Shown here piece after piece: positions 1 to 10,422 of a stretch of DNA of 64,000 nucleotides (its first letter is position 1; the number at the start of each line of letters is the position of its first letter). The stretch comes from Candidatus Nitrospinota bacterium M3_3B_026 (lineage in GTDB: Bacteria; Nitrospinota_A; UBA7883; JBPRGF01). Location: assembly GCA_051418015.1 (NCBI GenBank), contig JBPRGF010000017.1, forward strand, positions 256,001-320,000, in the 5' to 3' direction. The notes under the pieces were generated by a model that saw only the letters and a program-made list of their open reading frames with translations, was not told the DNA's origin and ran no database searches. The position numbers and the translations under genes were made by a program.

Positions 1-2260
1 GCCCGGAGGCTATCGCCTCCTGTTTTCTGTCTATCTCCCTGGAAAGGTCCAGCGCCTCCATCTCCAGCCGCCGCAATCGCTCCGAGGACTCGGCCAGCCT
101 GTCCCGCTCCGTCTTCACGGACTCGGCCAGGGACGCGCGCCTCCCTTCCACCTCCGCGCGCTCTCGCTCCATCTGTTGCACGGAGACGGCCAGATCCTCT
201 ATCATCCTTTTTCTGGCCACGATGTCCGCCCCATGCCCGGCCCCAGCCGACCCGGCGGTCACCAGCCCTTCGGCGTCGATCATGTCCCCATCCACGGTCA
301 CCACGTGGCAGGCGCCGGGCGCGCTCCGCCATATCTCCATGGCGCCCTGAAGATCCCGGGCTATCAGCGTCCTTTCCAGCAACAGGACTACGCCACGGGG
401 GGCCCCGGGCGGGAGGCTGAAGACATCAGAGGCTCTGCCGACAAGGGACGGATGGTCCACGCTGCCCAGCGGCGCGGCGGGCGCGGGCGCGAGGTCGGCG
501 GGAAAAAGCCCCGCCCTGCCCATGTTCTCCTCTTTCATCAGCCGGGCGGCGGCCAGGGAGTTTTCGGAGTTGTCCATTATGACGGCCTCCAGGCGGGAGC
601 CAAGGGCGGCGGCCAGCGCCGCCTCCATCCCCTCCGGCGCGCGGACGCCGTCGGCCAGCAGGCCTTTCACCCCGCGGGCCTCCCCGGCGCCTTCCTCTTT
701 TCTTTTCATCAGGCCCCGAACGCCCGCGCCGAACCCCTCCAGGTTCCTGTCCAGGTCCTGGAGCGATTCCCTGCGGGATACGAGCTTGGTGATCTGTCCC
801 TCAAGCTTTTTCAGCTCCTCCTCAACGGCCTCGAGGGCGTCCTCCCCCATGTCGAGGCTGGCTTTTATCTCCGCGTTCTCCTCGCGGGCGCGCCCGGCGC
901 CGAGGTTTTTCTCATCCAGCCCCCGCCTCAGATCCTCCAGATCCTCTTCCATCGCGGCGACCTCCCGGAACAGCTCGTCCTCACGGCCGCTGAGGGAGTT
1001 TATCTTCTCCTCGGTCATCTCGAGCCTCGCGGAGAGAGAGGACTGCGCGTCGCGGGCCGAGGATATCCGCTCCAGCGCCGCCATGGCCTCGCGCCCGGCG
1101 GCGGCGCTCTTCTCTTTCAGCCCGGCCAGCTCGCGGCGGAGGTCCTCGCTTTGTTCCTTGAGTCCGGCGAGCCTGCTCTCGTCGGCCTCGATCCCGGAGG
1201 CCAGCCGCTCCATATCCGCGCCCCTCCCGGCGATGAGCTCGTCGAGGCGGACTATCTCACTCTCGGTCTGCTCTATCTCCTCGCCAGCCCTCTCGCCGGA
1301 GACGGAAAGCTCCTCCAGCTGCCGCGCCAGAAGCTCACGGTGGCTCTCGTTGCGCTCCAGCGCGGCGGACAGCCGGGAGCGCTCCTCCCTGAGCCCGGCG
1401 AGGACGCCCTCCATCTTTTCGATCTCGGCGCCGAGGGTCTCCATCTCGTTGCGGCGGGTTGAAAGGGCGGCGGCGAGACCGGCCTCCTTCTCCTCCGCCT
1501 CCTCGCTCTCGGCGGCCACACGCTCGAGCCTCCCGGCTTTCTCCTGGGCCTCCACGGCGTAGTGGGCCATGGCGCGGTTTTTTATCTCCGTCCTGTAGGA
1601 CTTGTAGCGCTCTGCCTTTTTCGCCTGCCGGTTCAACGAGTTGCGCTGCCGCTCAAGCTCACCGAGGATGTCCTGGACGCGCAAAAGGTTCTGCTGGCTG
1701 GCCTCCAGCTTGTTCATGGCCGCGTTGCGCCGGTTCTTGTATTTCATCACCCCGGCGGCCTCTTCTATTATGAAACGGCGCTCCTCGGGCTTGGAGTTGA
1801 CTATCCTGGTCACCTGCCCCTGCTCGATTATGGAGAAGGCGCGGGCGCTCACCCCCGTGTCCAAAAAGACATCCACCACGTCCTTGAGCCTGCAGGGAAC
1901 GCCGTTTATGTAGTATTCCGACTCGCCGGTGCGGTAAAGCTTCCTGCCGACGGTGATCTCCTCGTACTCGGAGTAAGGATGGGCCGTTATCGATCCGTCG
2001 GCGTTGGAGATGGTGATATAGACTTCGGCGAAGGCGGAGGGTTTTCGCCCGGCCGCGCCGTTGAATATGAAATCCTCCATCCTGACGCCGCGCATGAGCC
2101 TGGCCGACTGCTCCCCCAGAACCCACCTCAGGGCGTCGGCGATGTTGCTCTTGCCGCAGCCGTTAGGGCCGACAACGGCGGTCACGCCGGGCTCGAACTC
2201 CATCTTCGTCTCGTCGACGAAGGACTTGAAACCGCGCATGGTGATGCTTTTGAAATACAT
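1..2260 (-). CDS. smc: Chromosome segregation protein SMC (5' part; runs off window start)
   Basis: Manual translation from ATG at 2260: MYFKSITMRGFKSFVDETKMEFEPGVTAVVGPNGCGKSNIADALRWVLGEQSAR..., then 'IIEQGQV', 'IIEEAAGV', coiled coil and hinge. Absent from the ORF track because it has no stop in the window. Confidence 0.96.
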   Translation of the reverse strand, partial: MYFKSITMRGFKSFVDETKMEFEPGVTAVVGPNGCGKSNIADALRWVLGEQSARLMRGVRMEDFIFNGAAGRKPSAFAEVYITISNADGSITAHPYSEYEEITVGRKLYRTGESEYYINGVPCRLKDVVDVFLDTGVSARAFSIIEQGQVTRIVNSKPEERRFIIEEAAGVMKYKNRRNAAMNKLEASQQNLLRVQDILGELERQRNSLNRQAKKAERYKSYRTEIKNRAMAHYAVEAQEKAGRLERVAAESEEAEEKEAGLAAALSTRRNEMETLGAEIEKMEGVLAGLREERSRLSAALERNESHRELLARQLEELSVSGERAGEEIEQTESEIVRLDELIAGRGADMERLASGIEADESRLAGLKEQSEDLRRELAGLKEKSAAAGREAMAALERISSARDAQSSLSARLEMTEEKINSLSGREDELFREVAAMEEDLEDLRRGLDEKNLGAGRAREENAEIKASLDMGEDALEAVEEELKKLEGQITKLVSRRESLQDLDRNLEGFGAGVRGLMKRKEEGAGEARGVKGLLADGVRAPEGMEAALAAALGSRLEAVIMDNSENSLAAARLMKEENMGRAGLFPADLAPAPAAPLGSVDHPSLVGRASDVFSLPPGAPRGVVLLLERTLIARDLQGAMEIWRSAPGACHVVTVDGDMIDAEGLVTAGSAGAGHGADIVARKRMIEDLAVSVQQMERERAEVEGRRASLAESVKTERDRLAESSERLRRLEMEALDLSREIDRKQEAIASG

Positions 2261-2526
2261 CAGGCTGAACCGTCCTCCCTGAGAAAACACACCCGCCGAG
2301 CACGGCGAAAACAAGCCGCGCCAGACTGTGAAAACCGAGCGGAACCCGTGTCTTGATTCATTTGACCCCGACGGACAAAAACCTTAGAAAACCTACCACG
2401 CCGAAATTTCCTTGTAAAGAGGGAAAATACACCATGTTGGGCCGTAAAAAGGCAGAACATACTATATAATGTGTATTCCGGCAAACGCTGAAATATTCGC
2501 CAATATATCTATTCATCTGTATTCAT

Positions 2527-3528
2527 TCAACTTGCGCCATGGGTCCAGCCGAGCCTGCCAAGCTTCAGGGTCTGGCCGGAGGGTTTTGTGGCGGTCACTC
2601 TCGTAGGGCCTTTTTTTATTTTTCCGATGGGCGCGGCGGTTATTTTCCCTTTTTCCACGAGGCTTTGGAGTTTTTTGACTTTTCGCGGAGGGACGGTGAA
2701 AAGAAGCTCGTAGTCCTCTCCGCCGGTCAGGATTCTCCGCCAGGCCCTGTCCCCGCCGAGGCGCGCCATCCTCGCCGCCTGGGCGGAGAGGGGCAGCGAG
2801 CCGAGGCTGATCTCAGCCGCCGCGCCGGAGGCCTTGGCCAGCCTGAAAAGGTCGAGCGCCACGCCGTCGGATACGTCTATCATCGCCGAGGGTATCTTTT
2901 CCGCCGCCAGCAGCTGGCCCCACTCAATCCTCGCCTCGGGCGCGAGGTGGCGTTTCATGAGTCTTTTTTCGCCCCTGGTGTATGTCTTTTTCCTTTCGAG
3001 TAACAGGTCCAGCCCCAGGGCGGAGTCGCCTGGCGTTCCGGTGACATAGACAAAATCCCCCGGCCGCGCGCCCCGGCGGTCCAGCCGCAGGCCCTTTCGC
3101 GTCTCCCCCACGGCGGTGACGGTGACCGATATCCCCCCTTTGGAGCCGGAGACGTTTCCGCCGATCAGCGCCGCGCCGAAGGATGAGAGCGCCGCCCTGA
3201 AGCCTTTCAGGAAGGAGTCGACCCATTTTCCCTCCACGCGCCGGGGGATGTTAATCGAAAGAAGGGCGAACCGCGGGCAGCCTCCCATGGCGGCTATGTC
3301 GGAGAAGCTGACGGACGCCGCCTTCGCCCCGATCAGACGCGGAGACGAAAACTCCCTCCGGAAATGTATCCCCTCCATCAGCGTGTCGGTGGTCAGCAAC
3401 AGGTCGTGGCCCGGCGCGGGCCTTATCGCCGCGCAGTCATCGCCTATTCCAAGGAGCAGATCCCGCGCGTCCTGTGGAAAAAGTTTTTGGATCAGCGATA
3501 TGAGCTGTGTCTCGTCCATTCCCGTCAC
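2527..3528 (-). CDS. thiL: Thiamine-monophosphate kinase
   Basis: GIGDDCA, TTDTL.EG.HF, SDIAAMGG, DVSDG and GGEDYELLFT motifs. Confidence 0.95.
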   Translation of the reverse strand: MTGMDETQLISLIQKLFPQDARDLLLGIGDDCAAIRPAPGHDLLLTTDTLMEGIHFRREFSSPRLIGAKAASVSFSDIAAMGGCPRFALLSINIPRRVEGKWVDSFLKGFRAALSSFGAALIGGNVSGSKGGISVTVTAVGETRKGLRLDRRGARPGDFVYVTGTPGDSALGLDLLLERKKTYTRGEKRLMKRHLAPEARIEWGQLLAAEKIPSAMIDVSDGVALDLFRLAKASGAAAEISLGSLPLSAQAARMARLGGDRAWRRILTGGEDYELLFTVPPRKVKKLQSLVEKGKITAAPIGKIKKGPTRVTATKPSGQTLKLGRLGWTHGAS

Positions 3529-3605
3529 CGTGCTCAGTCTATCACCCGGCGGGACTTTTTGAGGGTAAAGCCCGGAGCCTGCGTAAGGCCGAGACAGTCA
3601 AAAGA

Positions 3606-3692
3606 CCCCTCTCCCTTGGAGGGGGGATTAAGGGGAGGGGGTAAAATAAACATCACCCCCACCTTGATTCTCCCCCGGCGAGGGGGGCAGGA
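3606..3692. repeat. REP-like palindromic intergenic element
   Basis: CCCCTCTCCCTTGGAGGGGGGATTAAGGGGAGGGGG...CACCCCCACCTTGATTCTCCCCCGGCGAGGGGGG: nested C-run/G-run hairpins typical of REP-like repeats; single copy in this window. Confidence 0.55.
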
Positions 3693-3798
3693 AAAACCTC
3701 CACGGCCCGGCTCGCGCCTCGTCCTCCCTCCTTGGCAAGAAGCGCAAAGGGACTTGCAACCTCGAGGCGCCGCCCGCCTTCAAACGCCGCGGCGGACG

Positions 3799-4224
3799 TT
3801 ACTTGCAGGCGTTTCGGTAGCCCGCCTCGCAGGCCTTTTTGTAGTTCATCCTGGCCTTTCCCATCCGGCCCATGATCTCGTGGGTCTGGGCGCGGATAAA
3901 GTAGGCCTCCCCCAGGCCCGGGTCCAGCTCTACGGCCTTGTCCAGGTCGGTCATGGCGTCGTCTATGTTCCCCAAGTCCTTTTTGGCCTTTCCGCGCAGG
4001 GCGTAAGCCTTGGCCATCTCCGGGTATTGTTTTATGGCCTCGGTGGAAAGCTCCACGCACTTGGCGTAGTCCGCGCTGCCGTAGGCCGATCTGGCGTCAC
4101 GATATGTCCTCTCCGCCTTCTCCTTGGCTATGTCGGAGCCCCCGAGCCATCCCCCCAGGTCGAGAGCGTATGAACTTTGCGCCGCGGCCGCCATCATGAT
4201 GATAAAGGCGCCCAGAATTCTCAT
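3799..4224 (-). CDS. Secreted TPR-repeat protein
   Basis: Signal peptide; TPR pattern AYALRGKAKKDLG...A..DLDKAVELDP; C-terminal KACEAGYRNAC. Confidence 0.85.
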   Translation of the reverse strand: MRILGAFIIMMAAAAQSSYALDLGGWLGGSDIAKEKAERTYRDARSAYGSADYAKCVELSTEAIKQYPEMAKAYALRGKAKKDLGNIDDAMTDLDKAVELDPGLGEAYFIRAQTHEIMGRMGKARMNYKKACEAGYRNACK

Positions 4225-4311
4225 GCTTTGTGCTCTCCCTCCTTGCGATTTATTAAGTTGTGTATTTTATCACGCAATATCCGGCGGCGTCACACCGTTG
4301 CCGGGCGGCCT

Positions 4312-7242
4312 TCAGCCCGTCTTGAGCCGCCGCATGGCCTCCCGGATCGCCTTTTTCTCCGTTTCCGAGGTCTGGAGCCTCATGGCGCGCCGGTAGAGCC
4401 TTTCGGCCTTCTCCGGCTCGTCCAGGAGGGTGGCGTAGAGCCCGGCCAGGTTCACCAGCGCAAGGAAGTAGTCCTTGTCCAGCCGGACGGCCCGCTCCAG
4501 CTCGGCCCTCGCCTCGAGGACCCTGTTGACCCGCGCCAGGAAAACTCCTTTCAGGAAACTGAGCTGCGGCGAAAAGAGCCCGTCCCTGTCCATTCTCTCC
4601 GTGTCCTCGAGCATTCTGAGCCCCAGCGCGGCGTCGCTTTTCGACAGGACGGAGTAGAGGATGGAGAGGTTCAGCGAAAGGTAGGCGTACCTTGCGTTGG
4701 AGTTGTCCTGATTTATCCTCAAGGCGCGCCCGTAGTATGACGCCGCGCCGCGCCTGTCGCCGTCGCTCCTTGCGATCTGTCCCTTGAGATAGAGCCTCTC
4801 GGACTCGAAGTATTTTTCGAACAGCGCCGCCTCCTCCGCGGGAAAACCTATGGGCGGCGGCTGCCTGTGCTCGAGCAGCGCCTCGAGGTTCCTGCCTTTT
4901 ATCTCGACCCCGCGGGTGTGGACCTTTGGGGCGGAAAACTCCACCACCGGCCTGTCGTCGCGCAGGGGCGCCGCGCCCTTCACGAAATCCATGAGCGCGC
5001 CGCGGCCCATCATGTAGCTCGCCGCCAGCTGGTACTCGTTCTGGACGCCTATCTCCTCAAGGCTTTGCGCCACCTCCGGTCTTTTCATCCCTCGCCGGAC
5101 AAGACCCATATCCAGTGGGACAGGGCCGGGCGAGCCTATCATGATCGCGTCCCATTTCGTGTACCACATGCTGGCATGGGGAAACGCCTCCACAAAAGAG
5201 GCCACCAGCATCTTAAAATCCCTCTCCGAGAGGTGATGCAACGGTATCCACTGGGAGACCAGCCCGCCTTTGCGGAGCCTCCTTTTCATCAGCTCGTAAT
5301 ATTCCACCGTGTAAAGGCTCACCACGCCAGCGTTTGATGGAGGAGGAGGCTCGGATGTTATAAAATCGAATTTTCTCCTGGTAGTGAGCAAAAAATTCCT
5401 GCCGTCCTCCTCCACCACCTTCAGCCTCGGCGAGTTCATGACGTCGAAGTTGCCATCGGCGAAATAGGGCCCGGCGTTGAAAACCTCCCTGGATATGTCC
5501 ACCGCCGTCACGCTCTCCAGCCCGTGGACGAGCGCCGCGCCGGCGGTGGAGCCGGTGCCGAAGCAGATCACGAGGGCGTCTTTCGCGCCGGGACGCAGAA
5601 GGAGCGGGATGTGAGCCTGGAGCCTCTCGAGCTGCAGGGCCTCCCGGAAAACCCCGGCTATGGGGTCGCCGTTTATCCAGATACGCTTGATGGGTTTGCG
5701 CCCGACGGTCAGGTCCGACGCCCGGTTGGAGACCAGCACCGTGGCCGAAGGTCCCTCCTGGTAAAACTCCGTCCGGCTGCCCGCCTCGAGCTTCCTGACG
5801 TTCAGCACCCTGGCCACGTCCCCGGCCCAGGCCAGGGCGGCCGTCATCGGCAGAAAAATCCCCACGGCCGCGGCGAAGGCGGCCTTCATGACCCTGGACG
5901 ATTTAACATATAGAAGGAAAAGGCCGCTGAGGATGGCCAGCCACGCCACGGCAATGACGCTTTTCTGTATCCCGAGCAACGGGATGAGGACGAACCCGGC
6001 GACAAGCGACCCGAGGACGCATCCGGCGATGTTCGCCGCGTAGAGCCTTCCTACGTCCCCCCCTATCCTTTTTCTGGAGGAGACGGCGGCCTCCACCATC
6101 AGGGGAAACCCCCCGCCCATCACGAACGTGGCCGGGAAAACCACCACCAGCGCGAAGACGAAGGCGGAGACCATCGGCTCGCCCCCGGGAGCGATCGCGG
6201 CCAGTCCCCCGGCGCCATCCGCCAGGGCGCCGGAGGGATCCGGCGCCTGCCGGTTGAGGTAAAAACCGGCGAGGGACAGCAGGGCGAAAAAGCCGACCAG
6301 AACCTGGAAAAGGCCGAAAAGCGCCCCGCCGCCGGCCAGCCTGCGGCTTGTGAAACGGGCCATCACGGCGCTGCCCAAGCCTATCCCAAGAAGGAAGATA
6401 GCAAGTATCAGGGTGAAGGCATAGACAGAGTTGTTCAGGAGCAGTATCAACAGCCTGGTCCACAACACCTCCAGCGAAAGCGCGCAGAAACCGGAGACAC
6501 CGAAAAGAACCAGCAGGAGGGTCTCCATCCCGGTATGAGGGTCATCGGGCGCGGTCTCACGGCGTTTTCCCTTGATCCCGCCCGTCTCCGGGGACGGGGC
6601 GGTTTTCCATCCCGGCTCCTTCGCCGTCAGCCAGGCCAGCGCTCCCACGGCGATATTGACGGCCGCCCCCGCCCGCAACGCCCCGGTAAGGCCGAGGTGT
6701 TCTATCATCCAGAACCCCGCCGCCACGGCCCCCGCCATGGCCCCCACGGTGTTCACGGCGTACAGCGCTCCCGCGCCCCTGCCGACGCCCCCGCCGCTTT
6801 CCACGAAGAAACGGGCCAGCGCGGGCAAGGTGCCGCCCATCAGGGTCGTGGGGACGGCGAGCGCCAGGACGGCCAGGGTCAGCCTGAGAAGTATCACGTA
6901 GACGGAGACACCCTCGTAGCCGGGATGCAGGAAGGTGTAGGCTTCCTCCAGCGCCACGAGCGTGAATGGGAACGCCAGGACGTAGGCGCCGAGCGCTATC
7001 TCCAACGCGGCGTAGAGCCTGACCGGCGACGCGCCCCTGTCGATCATGCGCCCGAAAAGCGCCGCTCCCACCCCCAGGCCGCCCATGAAGGCGACGAGGA
7101 CGGCGCTCACGGCGTAGACACTGACGCCGAGCAGGAGGGACAGCTGTCTTGTCCAGACGACTTCGTAGGCGACGCCGACGGCCCCGGAGAAAAAGAACAG
7201 GAATAAAAGAAGCGGCCGGACGGCCGCCGGCCCGGGGCTCAT
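4312..7242 (-). CDS. Fused MFS-like membrane domain / spermidine-synthase-like SAM-binding domain / TPR protein (copy 1)
   Basis: SG...YEVVWTRQL, LYAVNTVGA, many TM helices; LVICFGTGST, EEDGRNFL, SQWIPL; C-terminal TPRs. Confidence 0.9.
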   Translation of the reverse strand: MSPGPAAVRPLLLFLFFFSGAVGVAYEVVWTRQLSLLLGVSVYAVSAVLVAFMGGLGVGAALFGRMIDRGASPVRLYAALEIALGAYVLAFPFTLVALEEAYTFLHPGYEGVSVYVILLRLTLAVLALAVPTTLMGGTLPALARFFVESGGGVGRGAGALYAVNTVGAMAGAVAAGFWMIEHLGLTGALRAGAAVNIAVGALAWLTAKEPGWKTAPSPETGGIKGKRRETAPDDPHTGMETLLLVLFGVSGFCALSLEVLWTRLLILLLNNSVYAFTLILAIFLLGIGLGSAVMARFTSRRLAGGGALFGLFQVLVGFFALLSLAGFYLNRQAPDPSGALADGAGGLAAIAPGGEPMVSAFVFALVVVFPATFVMGGGFPLMVEAAVSSRKRIGGDVGRLYAANIAGCVLGSLVAGFVLIPLLGIQKSVIAVAWLAILSGLFLLYVKSSRVMKAAFAAAVGIFLPMTAALAWAGDVARVLNVRKLEAGSRTEFYQEGPSATVLVSNRASDLTVGRKPIKRIWINGDPIAGVFREALQLERLQAHIPLLLRPGAKDALVICFGTGSTAGAALVHGLESVTAVDISREVFNAGPYFADGNFDVMNSPRLKVVEEDGRNFLLTTRRKFDFITSEPPPPSNAGVVSLYTVEYYELMKRRLRKGGLVSQWIPLHHLSERDFKMLVASFVEAFPHASMWYTKWDAIMIGSPGPVPLDMGLVRRGMKRPEVAQSLEEIGVQNEYQLAASYMMGRGALMDFVKGAAPLRDDRPVVEFSAPKVHTRGVEIKGRNLEALLEHRQPPPIGFPAEEAALFEKYFESERLYLKGQIARSDGDRRGAASYYGRALRINQDNSNARYAYLSLNLSILYSVLSKSDAALGLRMLEDTERMDRDGLFSPQLSFLKGVFLARVNRVLEARAELERAVRLDKDYFLALVNLAGLYATLLDEPEKAERLYRRAMRLQTSETEKKAIREAMRRLKTG

Positions 7243-8282
7243 TTAAGCAGTTCTTTCGGCGGCTTGAACTTTACCTTCATTTTGCTTTCGACCTCCCCGG
7301 CCAGGCCCACGTCCAGCATCCCAAGCTTACCAACGGCCCCTTCGGTAAACCAGACGTTCCCATCACCATCCACCGCCAGAGAGTTGGGCCGGGAGCCTCC
7401 GGTAGGCACGTTGAAGCTCTGGAAAGAGGCGGTGGACGAGTTAAACCGGACAAGCCTGTTATCCGTGGACTGGACGAGCCATATGTTGTCCTTGCCGTCT
7501 ATGGCCATCTGCTGGGTACCCTTGTTCCTGGGGAGCTGAAACTCTTTCGTGGCCTCCGTGGCGGGATCAAACCGGACCAGCTTGTTGTCCACCAGTTTCA
7601 TGTACCAGGCACGGCCCTTGGAGTCTATCACCGTCCCTATGGCGGACTGGATGTGGTCGGCTATCTTCCATTCCCTGAACCGGCCGGTGGACGGGTCGAA
7701 CCGCGTCAGCTTGTTCCCGGCGCGCTGGATGAACCACAGGCGCCCATCGGCGTCCTCGGCCAGGTCGTAGGAGTTGCTTTTCGGCGTGGGAATTTTGTGC
7801 GTCTTGAACTCCCCGGAGGCGGGGTCGAACTCCACGAGAAAGTCCGTATTCCACCCCAGGGTCCATATCCCTCCGCCGGCGGCGGCGAGGATAGAGACCG
7901 GCTCGACCTTCAGCCGTGGGATGATGTACTCCTTGAAGCTCTTCGTCTCCGGGTCGAACCGGCCGAGGGCGTTCGTGTCCCTCTCGGTGAACCAGACCAC
8001 CCCGTCCCGGGCCACCGCTATATTCATCGAGTCGCTCTTGGCGGAGGGGATGGGATGCTCCTCCAGCTTCTCCGTTTCGGGGTTGAAGCTGGTCAACAGG
8101 TTGGCGCGATACTGCAGGAACCAGACTACGCCGTCGTCCGCCACGGCGACGCCGGTGGGGAAGGAGTCCTCGGCGCCAAGCTGCCTTTCCGTGAAAAGGT
8201 CTTCGTTGCTTATCCCCCAGGCCCCTCCGGCCAGGGACAGAACCGCAATGACGGCCGCCAGAAGACTTTTCCCCCCATTCAT
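7239..8282 (-). CDS. Secreted Vgb (virginiamycin B lyase)-like beta-propeller
   Basis: Signal peptide; repeated D.DG.VWF.E...N.L.RFDP.T..F.E..IP blades. Confidence 0.85.
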   Translation of the reverse strand: MNGGKSLLAAVIAVLSLAGGAWGISNEDLFTERQLGAEDSFPTGVAVADDGVVWFLQYRANLLTSFNPETEKLEEHPIPSAKSDSMNIAVARDGVVWFTERDTNALGRFDPETKSFKEYIIPRLKVEPVSILAAAGGGIWTLGWNTDFLVEFDPASGEFKTHKIPTPKSNSYDLAEDADGRLWFIQRAGNKLTRFDPSTGRFREWKIADHIQSAIGTVIDSKGRAWYMKLVDNKLVRFDPATEATKEFQLPRNKGTQQMAIDGKDNIWLVQSTDNRLVRFNSSTASFQSFNVPTGGSRPNSLAVDGDGNVWFTEGAVGKLGMLDVGLAGEVESKMKVKFKPPKELLK

Positions 8283-8299
8283 GCCGCGATACTCCTCTA

Positions 8300-9694
8300 T
8301 TACCGCTTCGAGCCGCTTTTCCTCAGCATGAAAAAGCCCACAGCCGCGGCCAGGAGAATGGCCGCGATGGCCATGTAGAAGCCGGCGTAGCTCTCCTGCT
8401 CCCCGGACGCCGCCGTGGAGCCCCCCGCCGTGGCCGGAGCCCCCTGCTCCCTTTCCTTCATCACCTTTTTAGAGGGGATGGTGGAGGTCACGAGCCGCGC
8501 TATGGAGTTGGCGTTCCGGTCGCTTTCGGTAAACCAGACGTCCCCTTTCGAGTCCAGTGCGACGTTCATGGGCTGGGCGTTGGCGGTGGGTATCTCGAAC
8601 ATGTTCCAGTAAAGCTCGTCGGCGTGGAAAAAGCCGACTTTGTTCATGAAGCTGTCCACGACCCATATCCTGGCGTCGGCCCCCGGCGAAAGCCCCTGGG
8701 GAACGGCGTTGTACCCGGGCATGGGGACCACGCTGTGCACGCCGGGGTCTGGCATGAGAACGCCCAGGTGCTGGGACCGCAGGTGGCATATCCAAAGCTT
8801 GCCGTCCTTGTCGAACCTCATGAGCCCCGGCTGGGAGTTGGGGACGTTTATGGGGAACGTCCTGAGCTTCTTCGTCTCGGGGTTGTACCGGCCGATGACG
8901 TTGCTGCCCACCAGGCTCAGCCAGACGTGGCCGTTGGCGTCAACGGCTATCCCCATCGGGTTCACCCCGCCTCCAAGCTCTATCTCCACCATCCTCTCCC
9001 CGGTGATGTCGAGGTAGCCGAACTTCCCGGAGTTCTTCTCCACGAACCAGACGCGGTTTTTCGAATCCGCGGCTATATCGTAGGGAAGGGAGGACTCCGT
9101 GGGGATCAAAAACTCCGTGAACTCCTCCTTGCCCGGGTCGAACCGGACGATGCTGTTGCCAAGCTGCATGACGAACCAGACCATCCCGTCACCGTCTATG
9201 GAGATATTCCCCGGTCCGCCGACGCTGTAGATGTTTATCACGTCGTCGGGCGTCTTGCCGCTCTTGGGATCGAACTCCCAGTCCGACTCCGGCAGACCCT
9301 TGGTGGAGGGTATCCTGTATTCCTTCAGCTCGCCCGTGGCCGGGTCGAACACGGCGAGCTGGTTGCCCGCCATCTGTGTGAACCAGACCCTGTCCTCGCC
9401 GTCCACGGCCAGGCCGTAGGGGACGGTGTAGGCCGTGGGGATGGTGTATTCCTCTATCTTCGGGGCGCCCGGCTTCACCGCCGGTGAAAGCCTGGAGACC
9501 TTCGGCTCGACAACGCCGGTTACACGCTCCTTGCCCGCATCGGGGGAAGGAGCCTTCCCCTGTTCTCCATCGCCCTCCTGGGCCGGGGCCGGGACGGCGG
9601 CGAAGACCATAAGCGAAAACAAAAGGCCCAGCGCGGCCGCGAGCGGCCCTCTCAACCCCGGGCGCGATCCTTTACCAGGTAAACGTCGGCTCAT
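8300..9694 (-). CDS. Vgb-like beta-propeller with C-terminal membrane anchor
   Basis: Same repeated blades; N-terminal signal; C-terminal TM FYMAIAAILLAAAVGFFMLRK. Confidence 0.85.
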   Translation of the reverse strand: MSRRLPGKGSRPGLRGPLAAALGLLFSLMVFAAVPAPAQEGDGEQGKAPSPDAGKERVTGVVEPKVSRLSPAVKPGAPKIEEYTIPTAYTVPYGLAVDGEDRVWFTQMAGNQLAVFDPATGELKEYRIPSTKGLPESDWEFDPKSGKTPDDVINIYSVGGPGNISIDGDGMVWFVMQLGNSIVRFDPGKEEFTEFLIPTESSLPYDIAADSKNRVWFVEKNSGKFGYLDITGERMVEIELGGGVNPMGIAVDANGHVWLSLVGSNVIGRYNPETKKLRTFPINVPNSQPGLMRFDKDGKLWICHLRSQHLGVLMPDPGVHSVVPMPGYNAVPQGLSPGADARIWVVDSFMNKVGFFHADELYWNMFEIPTANAQPMNVALDSKGDVWFTESDRNANSIARLVTSTIPSKKVMKEREQGAPATAGGSTAASGEQESYAGFYMAIAAILLAAAVGFFMLRKSGSKR

Positions 9695-10397
9695 ACATGT
9701 GCCTCATCTGCCAGTTGGCGTCCTTGTAGCCCCCTTCTTCTTCCCCCGACGAGTCGTAGTTCAGCTCGCCCCCTTCGCCCTTTCCCGTGGCTTTCCCCGC
9801 CCGGTAAGTGGCGGATTCTATCTGCATGGCTCTCTCCACGGCGTAGTACCTCGCCACGTCCATGGGGGGAATGGCCATCCTGTGGCCCATGGCCGGGTTG
9901 TGGCAGGCGTCGCAGCCCAGCACCTTGGCCTCGTGGCCGCTCTCGTACACGCCGATGAAAAAAAACGCGGCGAAAAGGAGCGTTGGAATCGCGTATACAA
10001 AGCTTTTTAAAAGCCCCGTCCGTATGGACCTTGCCTTCCCCAGCAGGGCGCCGAGGCCGGGTATCCTGCCGAGGGGGATCTTGTGAAAATAGGGCAAAAA
10101 CACGAAGAACACGCCGAGCAGGATGGGGATCGTCGGCATCAGCGGAAGGTACCGCTGCTTGATCCCCACGAAATACCAGAAGGGCTGCCAGAACAGCAGG
10201 AACAGCCACTCCGGCCCGGGGACGTTCGCGCCGTGGTCCGGCATGGGTATCCCCTCCGGCGCGTCGTCGGGCACGGGGTAAAGCTCGGCCAGCCACCCTA
10301 CCAAGAACACGACCGCCAGCATCGCCACGGCGAGGGTGACGATATGGTGCGGCCACCATTTCCATACCCCTTTTTCTTTCCTCTCTTCAGCGCTCAA
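9672..10397 (-). CDS. Cytochrome b C-terminal half (subunit IV/PetD-like) with a C-terminal c-type heme motif
   Basis: PGPEWLFL (PEWY-like), TM helices, GCDACH. Confidence 0.82.
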   Translation of the reverse strand: MSAEERKEKGVWKWWPHHIVTLAVAMLAVVFLVGWLAELYPVPDDAPEGIPMPDHGANVPGPEWLFLLFWQPFWYFVGIKQRYLPLMPTIPILLGVFFVFLPYFHKIPLGRIPGLGALLGKARSIRTGLLKSFVYAIPTLLFAAFFFIGVYESGHEAKVLGCDACHNPAMGHRMAIPPMDVARYYAVERAMQIESATYRAGKATGKGEGGELNYDSSGEEEGGYKDANWQMRHMYEPTFTW

Positions 10398-10422
10398 AAC
10401 TCTCGGTCTCCCTTCCGCGTGG

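Noticed and set aside
7239..9694. Streptogramin resistance (vgb) genes
   Set aside because: They are exported, appear to lack the catalytic His motif and sit in a respiratory operon.
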